A stretch of DNA of 64,000 nucleotides. Source: Callorhinchus milii (taxonomy: Eukaryota). The position numbers were made by a program, and so were the translations under genes. Location of the stretch: assembly GCF_018977255.1 (NCBI RefSeq), contig NW_024704742.1, positions 43,092,001 through 43,156,000 on the forward strand, in the 5' to 3' direction. This document shows, in pieces, positions 47,911-62,104 of the stretch. Each line of letters starts with the position of its first letter. The first letter of the stretch is position 1. A model generated the notes under the pieces. The model saw only the letters and a list, made by a program, of their open reading frames with translations, had not been told where the DNA came from and made no database searches.

Positions 47911-49932
47911 CCGTTTGACATCTACCGTCTACCTGTGATCTTTCTGGCGAGCAACACAATTCAGCATGAAATGCATGAAAGCTTTGCTACCATCCTCCTG
48001 CCCACAGCTTGGACACACATCCAAGCGATGTGGTTCTGCCAACATGCAGTAATATTAAACCTACATAACCAGACCAAACACTTAAAACACAATTTCAATT
48101 TAATTTAAAAAAGTTTAAACATTTTCATTCTCACAGTCCAGCAACTGTGTGTCCTTTTAGTTGCCATTCACTCATTAACAAGCAGCCAATGACAATTTGG
48201 AGATTCAGTGACACATTTTGGCACAAACTGAGGCAAGAAAAATACAGAGCAACAAAACATATTTTGATGACGATTTTTTTTAAATTAGCTTTATCTTGAA
48301 AGAAACATGAAAGCTACTCAATGAGTAGTTTTGGTGGAAGCTAAATGTATACTGCATCTGTTGGACAGAGGGCAATGTATAGGACATAGGGTAGAGTTGG
48401 GATGTACTTACAGCTTTTTTTCAATAAAAAAGGTATCCCTACACCTGCAGCACAAGTTGAAGAGTTGCAGTGTATCTTGTGGGAATTGAAGCATGCTTTA
48501 AAGATTTATTTCATGATCAAACTACAGCTCAGATAATGGAACAGAGTGTACTGATATCATCTGACAATTTACCAAAACACATATTACTTGTCAGTGAACG
48601 AACAGGCTGTACAACTATTGGCACAGTCCTACATGAGAAGTGACACTGAAGGCACTAATTTATATGTGTGAGATAACCACCATTTATTTTAATAAACCTC
48701 TTCAGTTATGTTACTTTATAATCTAAAACAGAATATAATTACAGATGAGGACTTGAACTTTCAATGCAGTTATTACACAAATAAATCTCCCTCGATTTTT
48801 CATCTTGACTTAGAGTAGGAAGTACAAAAGAGATAGGACTAGAAAACCTAGTCAACTGAATAAGTGAGCGGAGCCTTGATAACCTTTGAGTGATGTAGAG
48901 CTAAGTGAAGGTACCCGTGAGAAATCAATATGATTGAAGAAGCCTGACTGGCTAAGATTACACTTTGGAGAGGGAGAGGGAGAGGGGTTGTTAAAATGGT
49001 TCTGGAGAAACAATGGCAGTCACTGTATCATCTGTACTGTTTATAACACCCCTATATCCTTTTGTGACCATATCTATACTCTTTCATTCTAATTTGAATA
49101 GCAATTATTTACTGTAAACTCTCAACCTTTCTGGCTAATAACATTTCACATAAATACATATTCTTGTTTACAGTCCATTTGCTATTTTTTGGACATGTAC
49201 AATATTTGCTGTGATTTTTAATAAAAACATTGGCATTTAAATGCCTTTGCACATAAAGTGTCAAAATTATCTTGCCACAGAAATATATCATTTTATGGTA
49301 TCTCCAGAAGCAGTTGAACCATGTTAAATGCAGAGCTTTAATTCCACATAAAAGAACTTATTGGTTTATGGAGATAATATAGTGTGTGGATGACGACTGA
49401 GACCTCATACTGATAGTTCCCTTTGTAGTGAGTAATATCATTCATTCTGATTTATCTGAATAGTCTCTGTTGTGCTAGAAAGGTTTCATAACTCTAAGAG
49501 TGGAGAGCAGCCATAAATCTCTTGTGTCACTTTCACCTAAGAACTATAGATTAGAGAAAACAAACTGAAAAAGTGTTATTTTCTCCTGAAACAAGTGGAA
49601 AAATAGGAATGAAAATGACGTGAATAGTTTATTCTTTTTTGGAGTTTGGAATTGTCTGCAATTTTGTGATAGGACAAAGTTGTGGTTTATGTTGGAAGCT
49701 AAATATTTTCCAATAGGTTAGAAAAACTAGGATATTTCTTAACTTGTAATAAACTAGTTAGGCATATTATCATTTTTACATTCGTTTGTATTATTTTCTT
49801 TCTCCCCTTTCACTTTATTTCTTTCCATAGGGAATAAATCAAAGTGCCCTTAGGGATAACAACTACTAGTTATTTGAGGAACCATTGATCCTATTGTTTG
49901 CACCAACCATTCCAACTTTATGCTTTGTTTGG

Positions 49933-50750
49933 CAACAACAACTTGCATTTATATGGTGCCCTACATGTGGGTAGTATTGGAGCACATAACAGCAGCATGG
50001 CTTGATGCCAAGCCAGAAATGGGGGAGGAGGTGGGGGGAGCCAAAGGCATGGTCAAAGAGGTAAGTCTTCAGGTGTGATTTGAAGAGGGGGCAAAATAAT
50101 CATAATAATAATCCTTGCATTTGATGTAGGCCTTATCATGTCTTTGAGGTGCCTCAAAGCACTTCACAGAATATATTGTAAAGTGAATTGACTGCATATT
50201 TTGTGGGTGAAACGTGGAGCAAATTGTGCACAGCAGTGACCAAATAATAATAATTATTTTTTGAGGGGATTATTACCCCCGGAAGTGATCTACCAATCAA
50301 CTAATAACTGGGTTCCTACTTACTGCTAGGAGTGTGGAATAAGGAAACGTTTTGCCCTGCCCGTGAATCGAACCCATGAAGGGAGTCCTCTAACCACTAA
50401 GCTATAGGACTCCAATGTAGGGATTGAGGAAAGGAGTTCTATAAATTTGTAGCATAGTGGCTGAGAGTACGACCAATTGTAGAGTGGAGGGAGCAAGGGT
50501 TGTGCAGAATATCTGAGCCAGCTGAGCAAATGCAGCAGGTAGAAGATGGGGGTGTTAGCAGATCAGAGAAGAAGGAAGTTGCAGGGCGTCAAGAGATTTG
50601 AAAGTGAAAGTGAGGATCTTGAAATCGATCCATTCTGCAACAAGGCGCCAGAAGTTCAGTGATGAGGAGCCTGATACAGGTGAGGATATGGGTGATAGAA
50701 CTTTAAATCATTTGGACCTTGTTAATAGTGGAGCTGGGGAGACCGGCAAG
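49933..50750 (-). mobile_element. Old L2 fragment split by a young SINE
   Basis: CAACAACAACTTGCATTTATATGGTGCC tail; the body resumes after 50415 with GTGAGGATCTTGAAATCGATCC. Confidence 0.7.
50093..50414 (-). mobile_element. Young tRNA SINE, long-body variant with internal deletions
   Basis: (AAT)n tail, GGGTTCCTACTTACTGC segment, head TCTAACCACTAAGCTATAGGACTCCA. Confidence 0.9.
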
Positions 50751-50949
50751 ATAACAATAATTGCATTTGATATAGTGCCTTATCACGTCTTCAAGACGTC
50801 TCAAAGCGCTTCACAGAATATATTAGATATTTTGTGGGCGAAACAAAAGATAACAACAATTTGCATTTATATAGCACCATTCACTTAGGATAGTGTCTGT
50901 GAGTACTTCACAGTGTTAGAGTTGCACACTAAGCAATGTAAGATTCAAA

Positions 50950-52930
50950 GACAACAACAACAACAACATTACATTTGTATAGCGCCTTTGACGTCAGGAG
51001 GATGTCCCAAGGCGCTGGACAGTCAATGTTTCGGACCTGAGCTGGGAGTTGGGATTGGGGAGAGTGGAGGGCATGTGGAAAAGCAGGGAGATCAAAAGCA
51101 CGTTCGAAGAGGAGGGTCTTGAGATGGGTCTTGAAAGAGGCAAGGGAGGGGGCGAGGCGGAGGGACTGTGGGATGGAGTTCCAGAGGGTGGGGGCAGAGT
51201 GTCAGAATGTTGGAGTGGGCAAGGAGGGGACGTGAAGCAGGCCGGAGCCCGCTGAGTGGAGGGAGTGGGCAGGATGATAGGGGGTTAGGAGGTCAGTGAG
51301 GTAGGGGGAAGCAAGGCGTGGAGGGCTTTGAAGGTGAGGCCCAGGATCTTGAACTGTATCCTCTGTGTGATGGGAAGCCAGTGAAGTCGGGCGAGAATGG
51401 AGGGATAGGCTCATGGAGCCTGGTGTGAGAGAGGACGCGGGCTGCAGAGTTCTGGACGATCTGCAGCCTATGGAGGGAGGAATTTGGGAGGTCGACATGC
51501 AAGGATTTTGCATTTTGCAAGCCTGGATTTATCAATGCATGTATGAGGTTTTGGCGGCCTCAGCGTGAGACAATGGCGGAGCTGGGTGATGTTGCAGAGG
51601 TGGAGGAAGGCAGAGCAGATCATGGCATGGATGTGGGGTAGAAAGGATAGTTGAGGGTCAAGCAAGACACCAAGGTTCCGGACTGGCTTAGCAAGGTGGA
51701 GTGTGCATCCTTGGATGGTAGTGCTGTCAGCGACTGAGGTGTGGAAGCCCTGACAGGAACGAATCAGGAGAGCCTCAGTCTGAAGAAAGTTAGCTTGTCA
51801 AGACAGCAGTGGTCCTGAAGTCAAGGGTGGAGGCAGGGAGATAGAGTTGGGTGGCATCCTCAAGCATGTGGAAGTTGACCCCATGTCTGCGGATGAAGTC
51901 ACCAAGAGGGAGCATATAGATATTGAAGGGGAGGGGACCAAGGACAGAATCCTGAGGAATACCTCACGAGACGGTGTGGGGGCTAGAGGAGCAACCGTTC
52001 GTGGAGATAAAGTGGAGACGGTGTGAGAGGTACAATCTGAACAATTCAAGGACAGGAAGAGGTTTATGATGTCTCTGAGTAGAGGGGCAAAGAGGTGGAG
52101 CTGGGAGGTAAGGAGTGATGTAGGGATGGGGTCGAGGGAGCAAGTGGTCAGTTTCATATGGGTTATAGTAGTGGTGAGAGAGGAGTGGGAGATAGGTTCG
52201 AAGGCGTGGTGGTAGGGATGGGTGGGGGCCAGGGTGCGAGCAGGAGATGGGGAGGAGGGAATAGATGGAAGGGCAGAAGCAGATAAGTAGATCCCCTCGA
52301 CTTTGGTTTCAAGGAAGTCCAGCATCGCCTCACGCCTTGCGTTGGAGGAGAGGATGGGAGAGGCATGAGAGCATGGGTGGAGGAGCCAGTTGGTGATGGA
52401 GAAGAGGACCCTGGGACAATAGAGGAGACAAACAGAAAGTGGTTGAGGCAGAGTGATAGAGGCAGTGATTTCCAGAGTTTAGCGGCCTAATGATTGAAGG
52501 CTCATCCATTGATGATGGAGCAGAAGGGGTGAGGGATGTAGGACAGGGCTACATTAGCTATGTGGATGAGGTGAGCAGAGGAACTGGTGAGACCAGCGAG
52601 GAATGCAATAAGAAATCAAGGCAGAAGCTGACAAACTTCTGGATAAAGGGTTTGGTATTTGGTATGAGATAAGAGTCAAGGTGACAGTATGTTGGAAGTA
52701 AACCGTCTCCACTTCATCTCCACGAACGGTTGCTTTTCTAGTCCCCGCACCATCTCGTGCTCAGAAACTAAATGAGTGGAAGGAAAGATAGCTGAGGATC
52801 AAGGTAGGTCAGTAAGTTTGAGGGAGAGGCCAGGGAGATTGAGGAGGTCAAAGCTAGAGCTAAGGAGATGTTGGCAGCAGCTGAGCAACAATTCCTGTGT
52901 ATTGTCCATATTAAAATGCAGGAGGTTGAT
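50950..52930 (-). mobile_element. L2 LINE, long decayed copy with internal deletions (may be more than one insertion)
   Basis: (CAA)n tail, [49 protein letters not shown]. Confidence 0.9.
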
Positions 52931-53157
52931 GCTCACAGATAAACCAAGACAGTAGACATAGAACAACAGGACTTTGGTTCAGAGATAAAAAGAACACCTT
53001 CAGGACACGAGGATGCCTTTATTTACTTAGATGGTTAATTAGTGACTAAAATAATTGCCAGGAAAAGTGGTTGAGGCCGGTACGAGGACTCATATAATAA
53101 CAGCTTGATGCTTTGATAGGAGGGCAGTAGGGTGGATATTCTGAAAAGATGAGATCA

Positions 53158-53208
<51 letters not shown>

Positions 53209-53260
53209 CCTTGCATTTGATATAGCGTTTTTCACATCTTCTAGACATCTCAAAGCGCTT
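53158..53260 (-). repeat. (AAT)17 microsatellite forming the tail of a 5'-truncated SINE, inserted in a CR1 3' UTR
   Basis: A perfect AAT run at 53158-53208 followed by CCTTGCATTTGATATAGCG..CTCAAAGCGCTT. The flanks rejoin as GATGAGATCAAAT-GGGCCAAAT, compare 62730-62752. Confidence 0.9.
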
Positions 53261-54044
53261 TGGGCCAAATATCCTTTTTCAACTGAATAAATAGTGTGAT
53301 CTTGTAATCCTGTGACCAGTGGACCATTGAGACTAGCAGTGAAAATTTAGATTCGAGTTTCACCCACATACATACACTGCAAGTGACCGTACAAGAGTGA
53401 GAGGAGAAACAGTAGGCAGAGATTAACTTCCTCCTAAACACATTCCTCTTTGTTACACTAACTCACTGTGCCAATGCACTTCCCAATGTATTCGTTTTTC
53501 TTTTAATTTTGTAAAAGCTAGACATGCTACTCTTTGATTTTCCAGCTTTTTTTTCTTTGCTTTATATCACTCTTCTGGTTTTCCAACATTAACTTGCGCC
53601 TCCTCGAAGGCTTATCAGACTAATACTTCTTGCTTCACTGAACCCGATTTTTCAGCCAGTCTACACCTCCACATTATTGGACAATGTAAAGGCTGAATCA
53701 ATCCAAATACCCTTCCTCTCTCTTGCCTCAGCAAACAACCCCGAGCTTTATTAGGCAATTTATATGGAAGTTGCCAGTGGAAGATAAAGTTGATTGTTGT
53801 AAGTGAGCAGTATTTAATATAGTTAATTATTTACAAGTATGAATGTTTTATGAACATTGTTTTCGACTACAACATTCTTTTGCTTGCTGAAAACATACCA
53901 CAGTTTTAGGGCAACGGATGGCACAGTATTTTGCCCTTTTACCATCCAGTTCTTGGTTCAAATCTAGTCCAATGAAGGTTAAAAACTTCTGGTTGTAAGG
54001 ATGCCAAGTGGAAATAATTTGTGATCTGAACACAATTCCTGATA

Positions 54045-54175
54045 GGCGGCACAAGACACCCACAAAATATACAGTCAATTCACTTTACAGTATATTCTGT
54101 GAAGCGCTTTGAGACTAGAAAACGTGATAAGGCGATATATCAAAATGCACAGATTATTATTAAGGATTATTATTA
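54045..54175 (+). mobile_element. Young SINE 3' fragment
   Basis: CCCACAAAATATACAGTCAATTCACTTTACAGTATATTCTGTGAAGCGCTTTGAGAC. Confidence 0.85.
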
Positions 54176-55239
54176 CAAACCAGATGTTAATTTAACATTC
54201 ATAATCCAGTGATCTCAACAAGTGAGGCTTTAGGGTGGTTTAGTACAAAGTGAGAAATCATATTGATGCATCGTGTGAATGGCGGTCTGGATCTGAGGTT
54301 AATGTATACCTTTGGGGCAGATTTTTTGCTCGTTATCTCGCTTTGCTACTTGTAGCATGGCAGTGTTTAACGCTGACATGTGGTAGCAGTGTTCCAGTCT
54401 TCAGCAATGACATCTTCACCTTGATAAGCACAATATTCACTCCCAAAAATTATATTTAAAAAAAGCTCTGTGCCGCTTCCTGGCAGCTACTGATGCATAT
54501 GGAGCCATATTGTTCAGTTCTCCTACACATATTAAGAAGGATGTCAGTCATCTGAGGTTTGCCCTTCATAAGCATTGCATTGGGAGTTGCCTCTCTTTCC
54601 TAACACATCAGACTGCTAACATTTTTAGGCAGGCAAGTGACAGGTTTCTAAGATATTGCCTTGCTATCCAATGCACGAGTCACCTGGAACCCAGCTGTGA
54701 AAATGCTGCCTCAGCATCTTATTCAGTAAGCACCACTGATAATCTTATTGTTCACAGAAGCAATACTTCACAAGAAAAATAAAAAACAATATAACACACA
54801 TGTAATATAATCCTATTGTGGTACACTCATTGATCCACCTGACTGTCACTTTCTGTGTTCTATCAATCCTTTCGCTTTGATATTTTCTGTGTTGCAATGT
54901 CTGAGTCCCTCTCTTTACTGTGGTTTATTTGTTCCTTTCTATGTTATACAGGGTAGGAGCTTGCCATAAGATGGAACAATTGTTATATTAAAAAAACAAT
55001 AAGCAATATTCTGATAATTAATGAGGATTGTATCAATATGTATCTTTGATAAAGCTGTTTCTCTTTAAATTTATTTTCTTCAGAAAAGAGAATACTCAAA
55101 ATATAAACATTCAAAACCCATAGCAGACACTAGAACTGATTCTCAAGTAACTGAGGCTAACAGGTTTCATTGGGCCAGATAGAATATATCCTTGAGTGGT
55201 GAAGCAGACCAGGGAGGAAATGCCTGAGATACTGACTAT

Positions 55240-56330
55240 CATTATGAATTGCTAAGTACTGCTGAGGTTCCACAAGACTGGGAGCAGCAAATGTAATACT
55301 TATATTCAAAAAGCGAGACAAAACTCACCCAGGCAATTACAAATCCATTAGCCCATCAATAGCATATAAAATAATGGAATGCAGATTATACCTCTCAGGT
55401 AGCTATTAATGTCTGATGGTCCTCTCTACGCTGTCCGGCTATCTTTCACCAACCATGCCCTTCCTCCCATCTCCATTGATACCAGCAACTTAGTAATATC
55501 AGGCCCCATGGAGTATTTTTTATCTTCGTCTATAACTATCCCTATAACCTGTTATACTGTTCCCAGATGGATATTTAACCAATGTTTTTAAAGGTATTCA
55601 TTCAATGCAGCATCAGCTGTTTTTGTTGCGAATTTGTTACACATATCTACAGCAATAACAACTTTCATTTATATGACATGTTTTTACACAGAGCAACTCT
55701 GTCAAAAAAATATTTCTTCTAATATTTATACACAGGTGCAATAATTTTAAAATTCAGTCCTCTCTTTTTTACTCCTACTTAAATGAGATACAGTGCTATG
55801 TCTGAGAACTTTAAATATCTGGATTATACCCCTCCCCACTCTCTTTTCTCAAATGATAACAAGCTCAGTTTTGTCTGTCTCGTTGTTAAGACTTTGAATT
55901 GGCCTAATCATTCTTCTTTAAACCTTGTCCAACACATCTATGTCCTTTGTAGGTAGAGAGGCAAAATAACACTCAATATTCTAACCATGGCCTCACTGAT
56001 GATCTACGTACATTGGAATAACTTATTCTGGCTTACAATCAAATACCCTTGAAATGTATCCTTGTCATGTTCATAACAGCATCAGATTGAATGGAAATGT
56101 TCAGTGAATGATCAAGAATCACACCCAAATCCTTTTCCATCTAATGGACACCCTTTCATCTTGCATACGTTTGCTGTTTCCTGTTCCAATATGCATTATC
56201 TTACATTTATCTAAATTAAAATCCATCTACCATTTCTTAGCCTATTTGCTGAATTGGTTAACATCTTTTTGAATGCTGTTGATCTTCCTTATATTTGTCA
56301 CCTGACCACACGGCTTAGTACTTACCATTC
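55240..56330. mobile_element. Highly decayed CR1 fragments (+ 55240-55380; - ~55400-56330)
   Basis: GTTCCACAAGACTGG..GCAAATGTAA..TTCAAAAAG..GGCAATTACA (VPQDW..ANV..FKK..GNY); on the minus strand GATGGATTTTAATTTAGATAAATGTAAG (MDFNLDKCK). Confidence 0.6.
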
Positions 56331-59019
56331 AAAATGTTTCTAAACTCCATTGAGAAAATACTGTAGCATTAAAAATTGCATAAACAACAGATCTCAAAGG
56401 AAGCATGCGGAATTAAGAGCTCTAAATATCAGATCATTGCAAAACTGCCACAAATAACAATAAGAAGTCTGAACTGAGGCTAATGCATCTCTTTTATCTT
56501 TAAATGGAAATATATGCCTCACTTTACTTTATCCTAAAATATTGGCAAATGGTTTCCTACTCCACAGTTTTAAAAGATAAGCATCCCACATTTGCTGAGA
56601 ATACAGTATTTTGATACACACATCTGTAATTTAATATGCAAGTAATTTCTACTGCCAGTTTCCCAGAAATATATTGAAATAAAATAAACCCTGATGCAAG
56701 AATATAATAATCTTCAGTTATTTTTGATGACTTTACAAAGTTGCCAGAAATGGCTCAATTGTATTAGGAGGCTATTTGATGCAGGTTCTTTCTTTGTCTT
56801 CGGATTTTTAACCTGTCTTCAAGTGTCCATCCCAGTGCCTACAGTTCAGGAGTGTGTGACATGCTCCCAGGCTGCTGCCTACAGCTGTTGCCAGAATGTA
56901 GCAAGGAAGCATTGCCCAGGTGTGGCATCTTAGTTTAAAATTCCCTATCATCTGTTGGTTCACACAGCACCTCCCTGCTCAATATAGCTCAGATCAACAA
57001 CTGAGCAGAGTACGAGGTCAAACCTGGATCAAACTATTTTCTGTCATGCTAAGCATCAGCACACGATTACCCTGTCAACCTCTAAATTACATTAAAGTAT
57101 AAGTCTATCAAATGAGCTTACTACCCTGCTATCGTGCACTATAATTTGTTCAAGTACACACTTTTAATACAGAAACACAGGGCTATTCAGTCCATTGTGT
57201 CTGTGCCAGTTACCTCTGTGTTTTTAAGTTGCTTTTTTTTTTACTAATCTCACCATCCAGCTCTTTCCATTTTCCTCAATTTGTTTATTTCTCACGTGCT
57301 CAAATGGCATATGGAGAGTGACTTCCATTTTATACTGGATAAGTAGTGTTGCTTGAGTTACATATTTCAAAAAAAATGTTGATAGACACATGGAATGCTC
57401 TTACATTTGTTTTTCAAGTACAATGTAGCACACCATAGAATAATTAGTTTCATGGCCAGCCTACAAGTGGAATATAACTCACACCTGTCATTTATGAGGT
57501 ATCAGTTTCTCATCCTGCATCAACAATATATATGTGCTGTGTTTATATCCCTGGGAGTTCAAGCTGCTTTGCACCCAGCAGTACAGTGGTGTGGAGAGTA
57601 AGTTTGACTTATAGTTCTCACTCTTCGAAATGGAGCTGTAGAAAAGCAGCCTCCTAATTTGAAGCGCTGTACATATAGGAAGCTGCACATGTGCAGAATT
57701 CTGGAAGGTGGGGATTTATTCTTAAATGTTGATAAAGAAACAGTTGCATGACATTGAAAAATGAATCATTGAAAGTTCTCCAGCCATCCGTTGGAGAGTA
57801 TCCAAAAAATCATTGGGGAACGAACTTGCAATTTGCCCCTGTTGTGTGTAGACTGAAACCATCTCTTGCATGGTGTGTCAAAATTGTCATTCCAGCCCTG
57901 ACTCAATCCCCATTTATACTGTAAGTTTGGTGATGAATCAATGTCAATATTTCAGGCATTGACTGCCAAGTGTACAATATAAATTCAGCCTCGGGATCCA
58001 AATGAAGGGCTTATTATGATGGCATTCAGTTCACTCATGATTTTAATAATTCTTTTATTTTCTTTATGAGTTACTTGATCTTTCTTCAGCCTTATCCCTT
58101 TCGTTGGAGTGAATCAACAATTGTCCAGATGGTGCCAGTTTATGTTTCAAATTTTGAAACAGAGCAATTTGTATATGAAGTACAATTAACAAAAATACAA
58201 TTTGGAAGATTTTTTTAAGCATAAATATAAAAACATGAATATCAAACCTGAAATCATTCAGAACTTATTTTATCTCTTTAATTTTCTCAGCACATAAACC
58301 TTTCAATACAAATTGAAAATCTAAAACAGAATGACAGACACAATAATGAACCAGTAAAATACTTAGAACAATGCTTGTGTTGTTTGTGTGATTCCATTGT
58401 AAATGGAAAGTGCTGTTAAAAAGCATGATTCACATTGGGTTTTGCATGAAACATTGAATGCAGTAAATTGATTCAAAAGCAGCTGTAATTTGATACACAA
58501 GTCATTTCTTGTGCCAGTTTTCCCAGAAACGTATTGGAAATAATACCGAGAGAAACAGCCTTTCGTGTTGTGTAGACAGAGTATCTCTTAATGGAGTCCA
58601 ATATGCAGGATTATTATGTGACAATAAGGGAAAACGCCTAAATTCTATTTCTTCTGTGCAGAATTGAAAGGCAAAGCAGGATGAAAATTCATTCCTCCAA
58701 CAATGCCCTTTCATGTCAGGTTTAATCTGGATTTTCTAGCCACAAGGTTTCAAGGGTGCCTCAATAACAAGTGAACAGTTAACACCGTCTCATTGGTAGC
58801 TGGGTAAAATAATACTTCAGGGTAAGTTTAGCGTGATCTCATGACTATTTTCCAGATCTGAATTCTGTGAAATTTATTTAATTTGCAAATTAATGAATCT
58901 TAATCCAATGCATGTGATTTAGCTTTGCTGTGTGCAAATGCATATATTTGCCTTCAAAGAAAATTGTCCACTGGGGTCTATTTTACTTTTATTCTTCATA
59001 AAATTCCTTTGCATCGAAC

Positions 59020-59430
59020 CAGGGGTTTCACGTCATGTGAGGAGGATGTCTCAAAGTGCTTTCTGTAAAGCAAAGTGACTGCGTTATTCGTAGGCAAACA
59101 TGGTAGTCAATTTGCATGTAACTATGTTCCACAATAGCTATGAAGTGAATGATCAATTTTATCTGCAGGATTATTGGTCTGAACAAAGGAACAAACTCCA
59201 TTCTCTTTACAAAATGCCATGGGATCTTTAACATCCATCTGCACAGAAAGTTGGGACTCCGGTTTAACATCAGATCTGAAGGACAGTATCTCCAGCAATG
59301 CAGGGCCACCCCAGCACTCTATTGGAGTGTCAGCCAAACCGGAGTTCAAAATAATCCTTGCATTTGTTATCTTTGTATTTGAGTTCAAAGCTTGACTAGG
59401 AACTTGAACCCAGAACCATCAGAGGTGAAA
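59020..59430 (-). mobile_element. Old DeuSINE containing a 30-bp insertion with a 9-bp duplication
   Basis: ATGCCATGGGATCTTTAACATCCA...ACTTGAACCCAGAACC. GAGTTCAAA is duplicated at 59342 and 59381. Confidence 0.8.
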
Positions 59431-59727
59431 GGTTTAAATTGAAGAAGGCCATTTGATCTCTCCCTTCCAGAGTTCCCCACTCCCTTTACAACATAAAACT
59501 ATTTCTTAAATGAGTCCAGTATCCTACCCTCAACCATCCAAAATTGCTCTTTGCCTCTTGTTCTGCTACTTTGTCATAATTGAAAGTATTATTTTGTCCA
59601 AGTACTTAACAAAATATGATAAAAATCACCAAGAAAAGAGAAGGAACTAAGGAAGTTCATCAAAAGCACTGTCAAAGAGATGCGTTTTTAGGAGGGATGA
59701 AAGTCAATCCACTGAGGCTCTGTAAGT

Positions 59728-60800
59728 CAACAATAACAACAACAACTTGGATTTATATAGCGCCCTCCACGCCGGACGGCATCTCAGAGTGCTTCACAGT
59801 AACGGATCCCGGGGCCGAGCCAGGGGGAGGGGGAGGAAGGTGACCAAAGGCGATGTCGAAAAGGAAGGTCTTCAGCCGAGATCTGAAAATAGGAAGAGAG
59901 GGAGCGAGGTAAAGGGAGTGAGGAAGGGAGTTCCAAAGCTTCGGGGCGTAGTGATTGAAGGCACGGCTGCCGAGGGTGGAGCGGAGGACTCGGGGGACAA
60001 GGAAGAGGCCAGACCAGGTGGAACGAAGGCAATGGGCACTGTTGTGCGGAGAGAGGAGGTCAGAGAGGTGGGGGGTGCAGAGGAGTGGAGGGATTTGAAG
60101 ACAAGGGTGAGGATCTTGAAGTTGATCCTCTCTGGGATAGGCAGCCAGAGCAGTCTGGCAAGGACTGGGGTAATCAGGGAGTGGAGTTTGGTGCGGGTAA
60201 GAATACAGGCGGCAGAGTTTTGTTTGACCTGGATTTTATGGGTGGTAGTGGAGGGGAGGCTGGTGAGGAGGGCATTTGAATAGTCCAGCCGAGAGGTGAC
60301 AAAGGCATGGACCAGGATTTCAGCAGCTTTCGGAGAGAGGTATTGGCGGAAACGGGTGATGCGTCAGAGGTGGAAGAAAGCGCTGCTGGTGAGGGACCGG
60401 ATGTGGGGGAGGAAGGATAATTGGGGGTCGAACTTGGTGCCTAGAGGTTCGGAGAGTTTTAGAGGAAGGTTGGGTAGGTGGAGGAGGTGAGATTTTAGAC
60501 GTTGACGAGAGCCAAAGAGTATGGCTTCTGTCTTGTCAACGATCAGCTGAAGGTAATTTGCGCTCATCCAGCCCCTGAGGTCTGGCAGGCCAGCTGACAG
60601 AACATCAGGGGACTGGGGGTCGCAAAGAGAAGTGGAAAAATAGAGTCGGATGTCGTCCACATACATGTAGAAATGTACCCCATGTCTGCGGATGACATCC
60701 CCAAGAGGGAGCATGTAAATCAGAAAGAGGAGGGGGCCAAGGATGGATCCTTGGGGTACCCCGCAGGTAACCTGGTGAGAGCGGGAGGAGCAATGAGAAT
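59728..60800 (-). mobile_element. L2 LINE 3' fragment (~1.07 kb)
   Basis: [51 protein letters not shown], (CAA)n tail. Confidence 0.93.
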
Positions 60801-61240
60801 GATCCTCATTGGAGGAATGAACTATGAGGAAAAAACAGACAAGTTAGAATTCTAGCTTTGAAAGGAGAAGTTTTATATAGAGCCATATAATGATATGAAT
60901 GAATACATAAGATTCTATTTGGATAGAGAAAATAAATCCAGAACAATAATTTCAGATACACCAAGGTAGCAGAACATGAGGGCACAGATTCAGGCCTGCC
61001 AAGGGCAATTTCAGGACAAATACCAAGAATTATTTATTTACACAAAGCATAGTTATCAACTAGTAATAGGTTATTGATCATACCTATATCTTATTCAATC
61101 CAAAAAGATTACCAGGAATGGTATTAGAGGCCAGGACCCTAGATTCATTAAGGAACAAAAATGGATATTATAATGGAAATGGAAGGGTTGGTTTCTGACG
61201 ACCAAAGGACCTTCTTCATCTGAACCTCTTTTGTGATATT
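60800..61240 (+). mobile_element. Decayed CR1 3' fragment
   Basis: GGAATGAACTATGAGGAAA..., GAACATGAGGGCACAG, TTTACACAAAG. Confidence 0.6.
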
Positions 61241-61259
61241 ATGATCTACACTTTGTCCT

Positions 61260-61500
61260 CCTTGGAAGGAAGATAAGCAGGGTCTCCTTGGTGCTGAACC
61301 TGATAAGAAGTGATATGCTGGGCAATGAATGGTGGAATTAAGTGAATGTCTTCAGTACTCCAGAGTATGGCTGATGACATACAAGCCAACCTGGACCATC
61401 AGGATGACCTGAAGGGGTAGACTGGGGGCAGGGATTCTTTCCACTCAGTTCCTATTAACCCTGTGAAAGCAATCCAGAATTCTGGGTTACTTGAGTTGAC
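61260..61500 (-). repeat. Ancient unclassified repeat family A, 3' part
   Basis: CAGTACTCCAGAGTATGGCTGATGACATACAAGCCAACCTGGACCATCAG is the reverse complement of the family's hairpin region. Confidence 0.65.
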
Positions 61501-62104
61501 CAAAGTGTTGACCAAAGAAAAATCGCAAATGTTCATTGACCTGTTTTCTTCAGAAAAACTGTAGCTGTGACCCGTGAAAGCATGTTTACAGAACAAAAAG
61601 TTTCAACATCATTGATGATAAGACATTGTTGTTGGCTACAAAATGGACTTTCTCAGACTTTTTCATACTTGTTTAAAACAAATGGCTGGAATCTTGATCA
61701 AGGCAAGGGGATGTTGACAATTATTGGATATTGGTACAGGAGGAGACGATTAACAAAAAGATGTTTTTGTGGAATTGATGATGACCAGGTAACTTTTATA
61801 AGGTCGATGTGTCTAAAGGAAAGGAGCGGAGCTGAGTTTTAGAAATGGAGTACCTACTGTTTACCTACAGTAAATAATATCGAGAAAAAGAGGGATATAC
61901 TACAATCAACATGGATTAACAAGGCAATTCCTTATCAAAACCACTTTACTCGGTCTGCTCAATTCATTGCAGTGAACTTTACTAACCTGTCGTAAATATT
62001 AATTAAGCATGAAACGTATAACTTTGATATGCATTCCTTAACTAATCTGTATTAATAAATATTAATTGATAGATGAATGTGTGTCGGTCCTTACTTCACC
62101 ATAG

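Noticed and set aside
59747..60283. 178-aa plus-strand ORF
   Set aside because: It is the antisense reading of a G-rich L2 fragment, with no independent coding signal.
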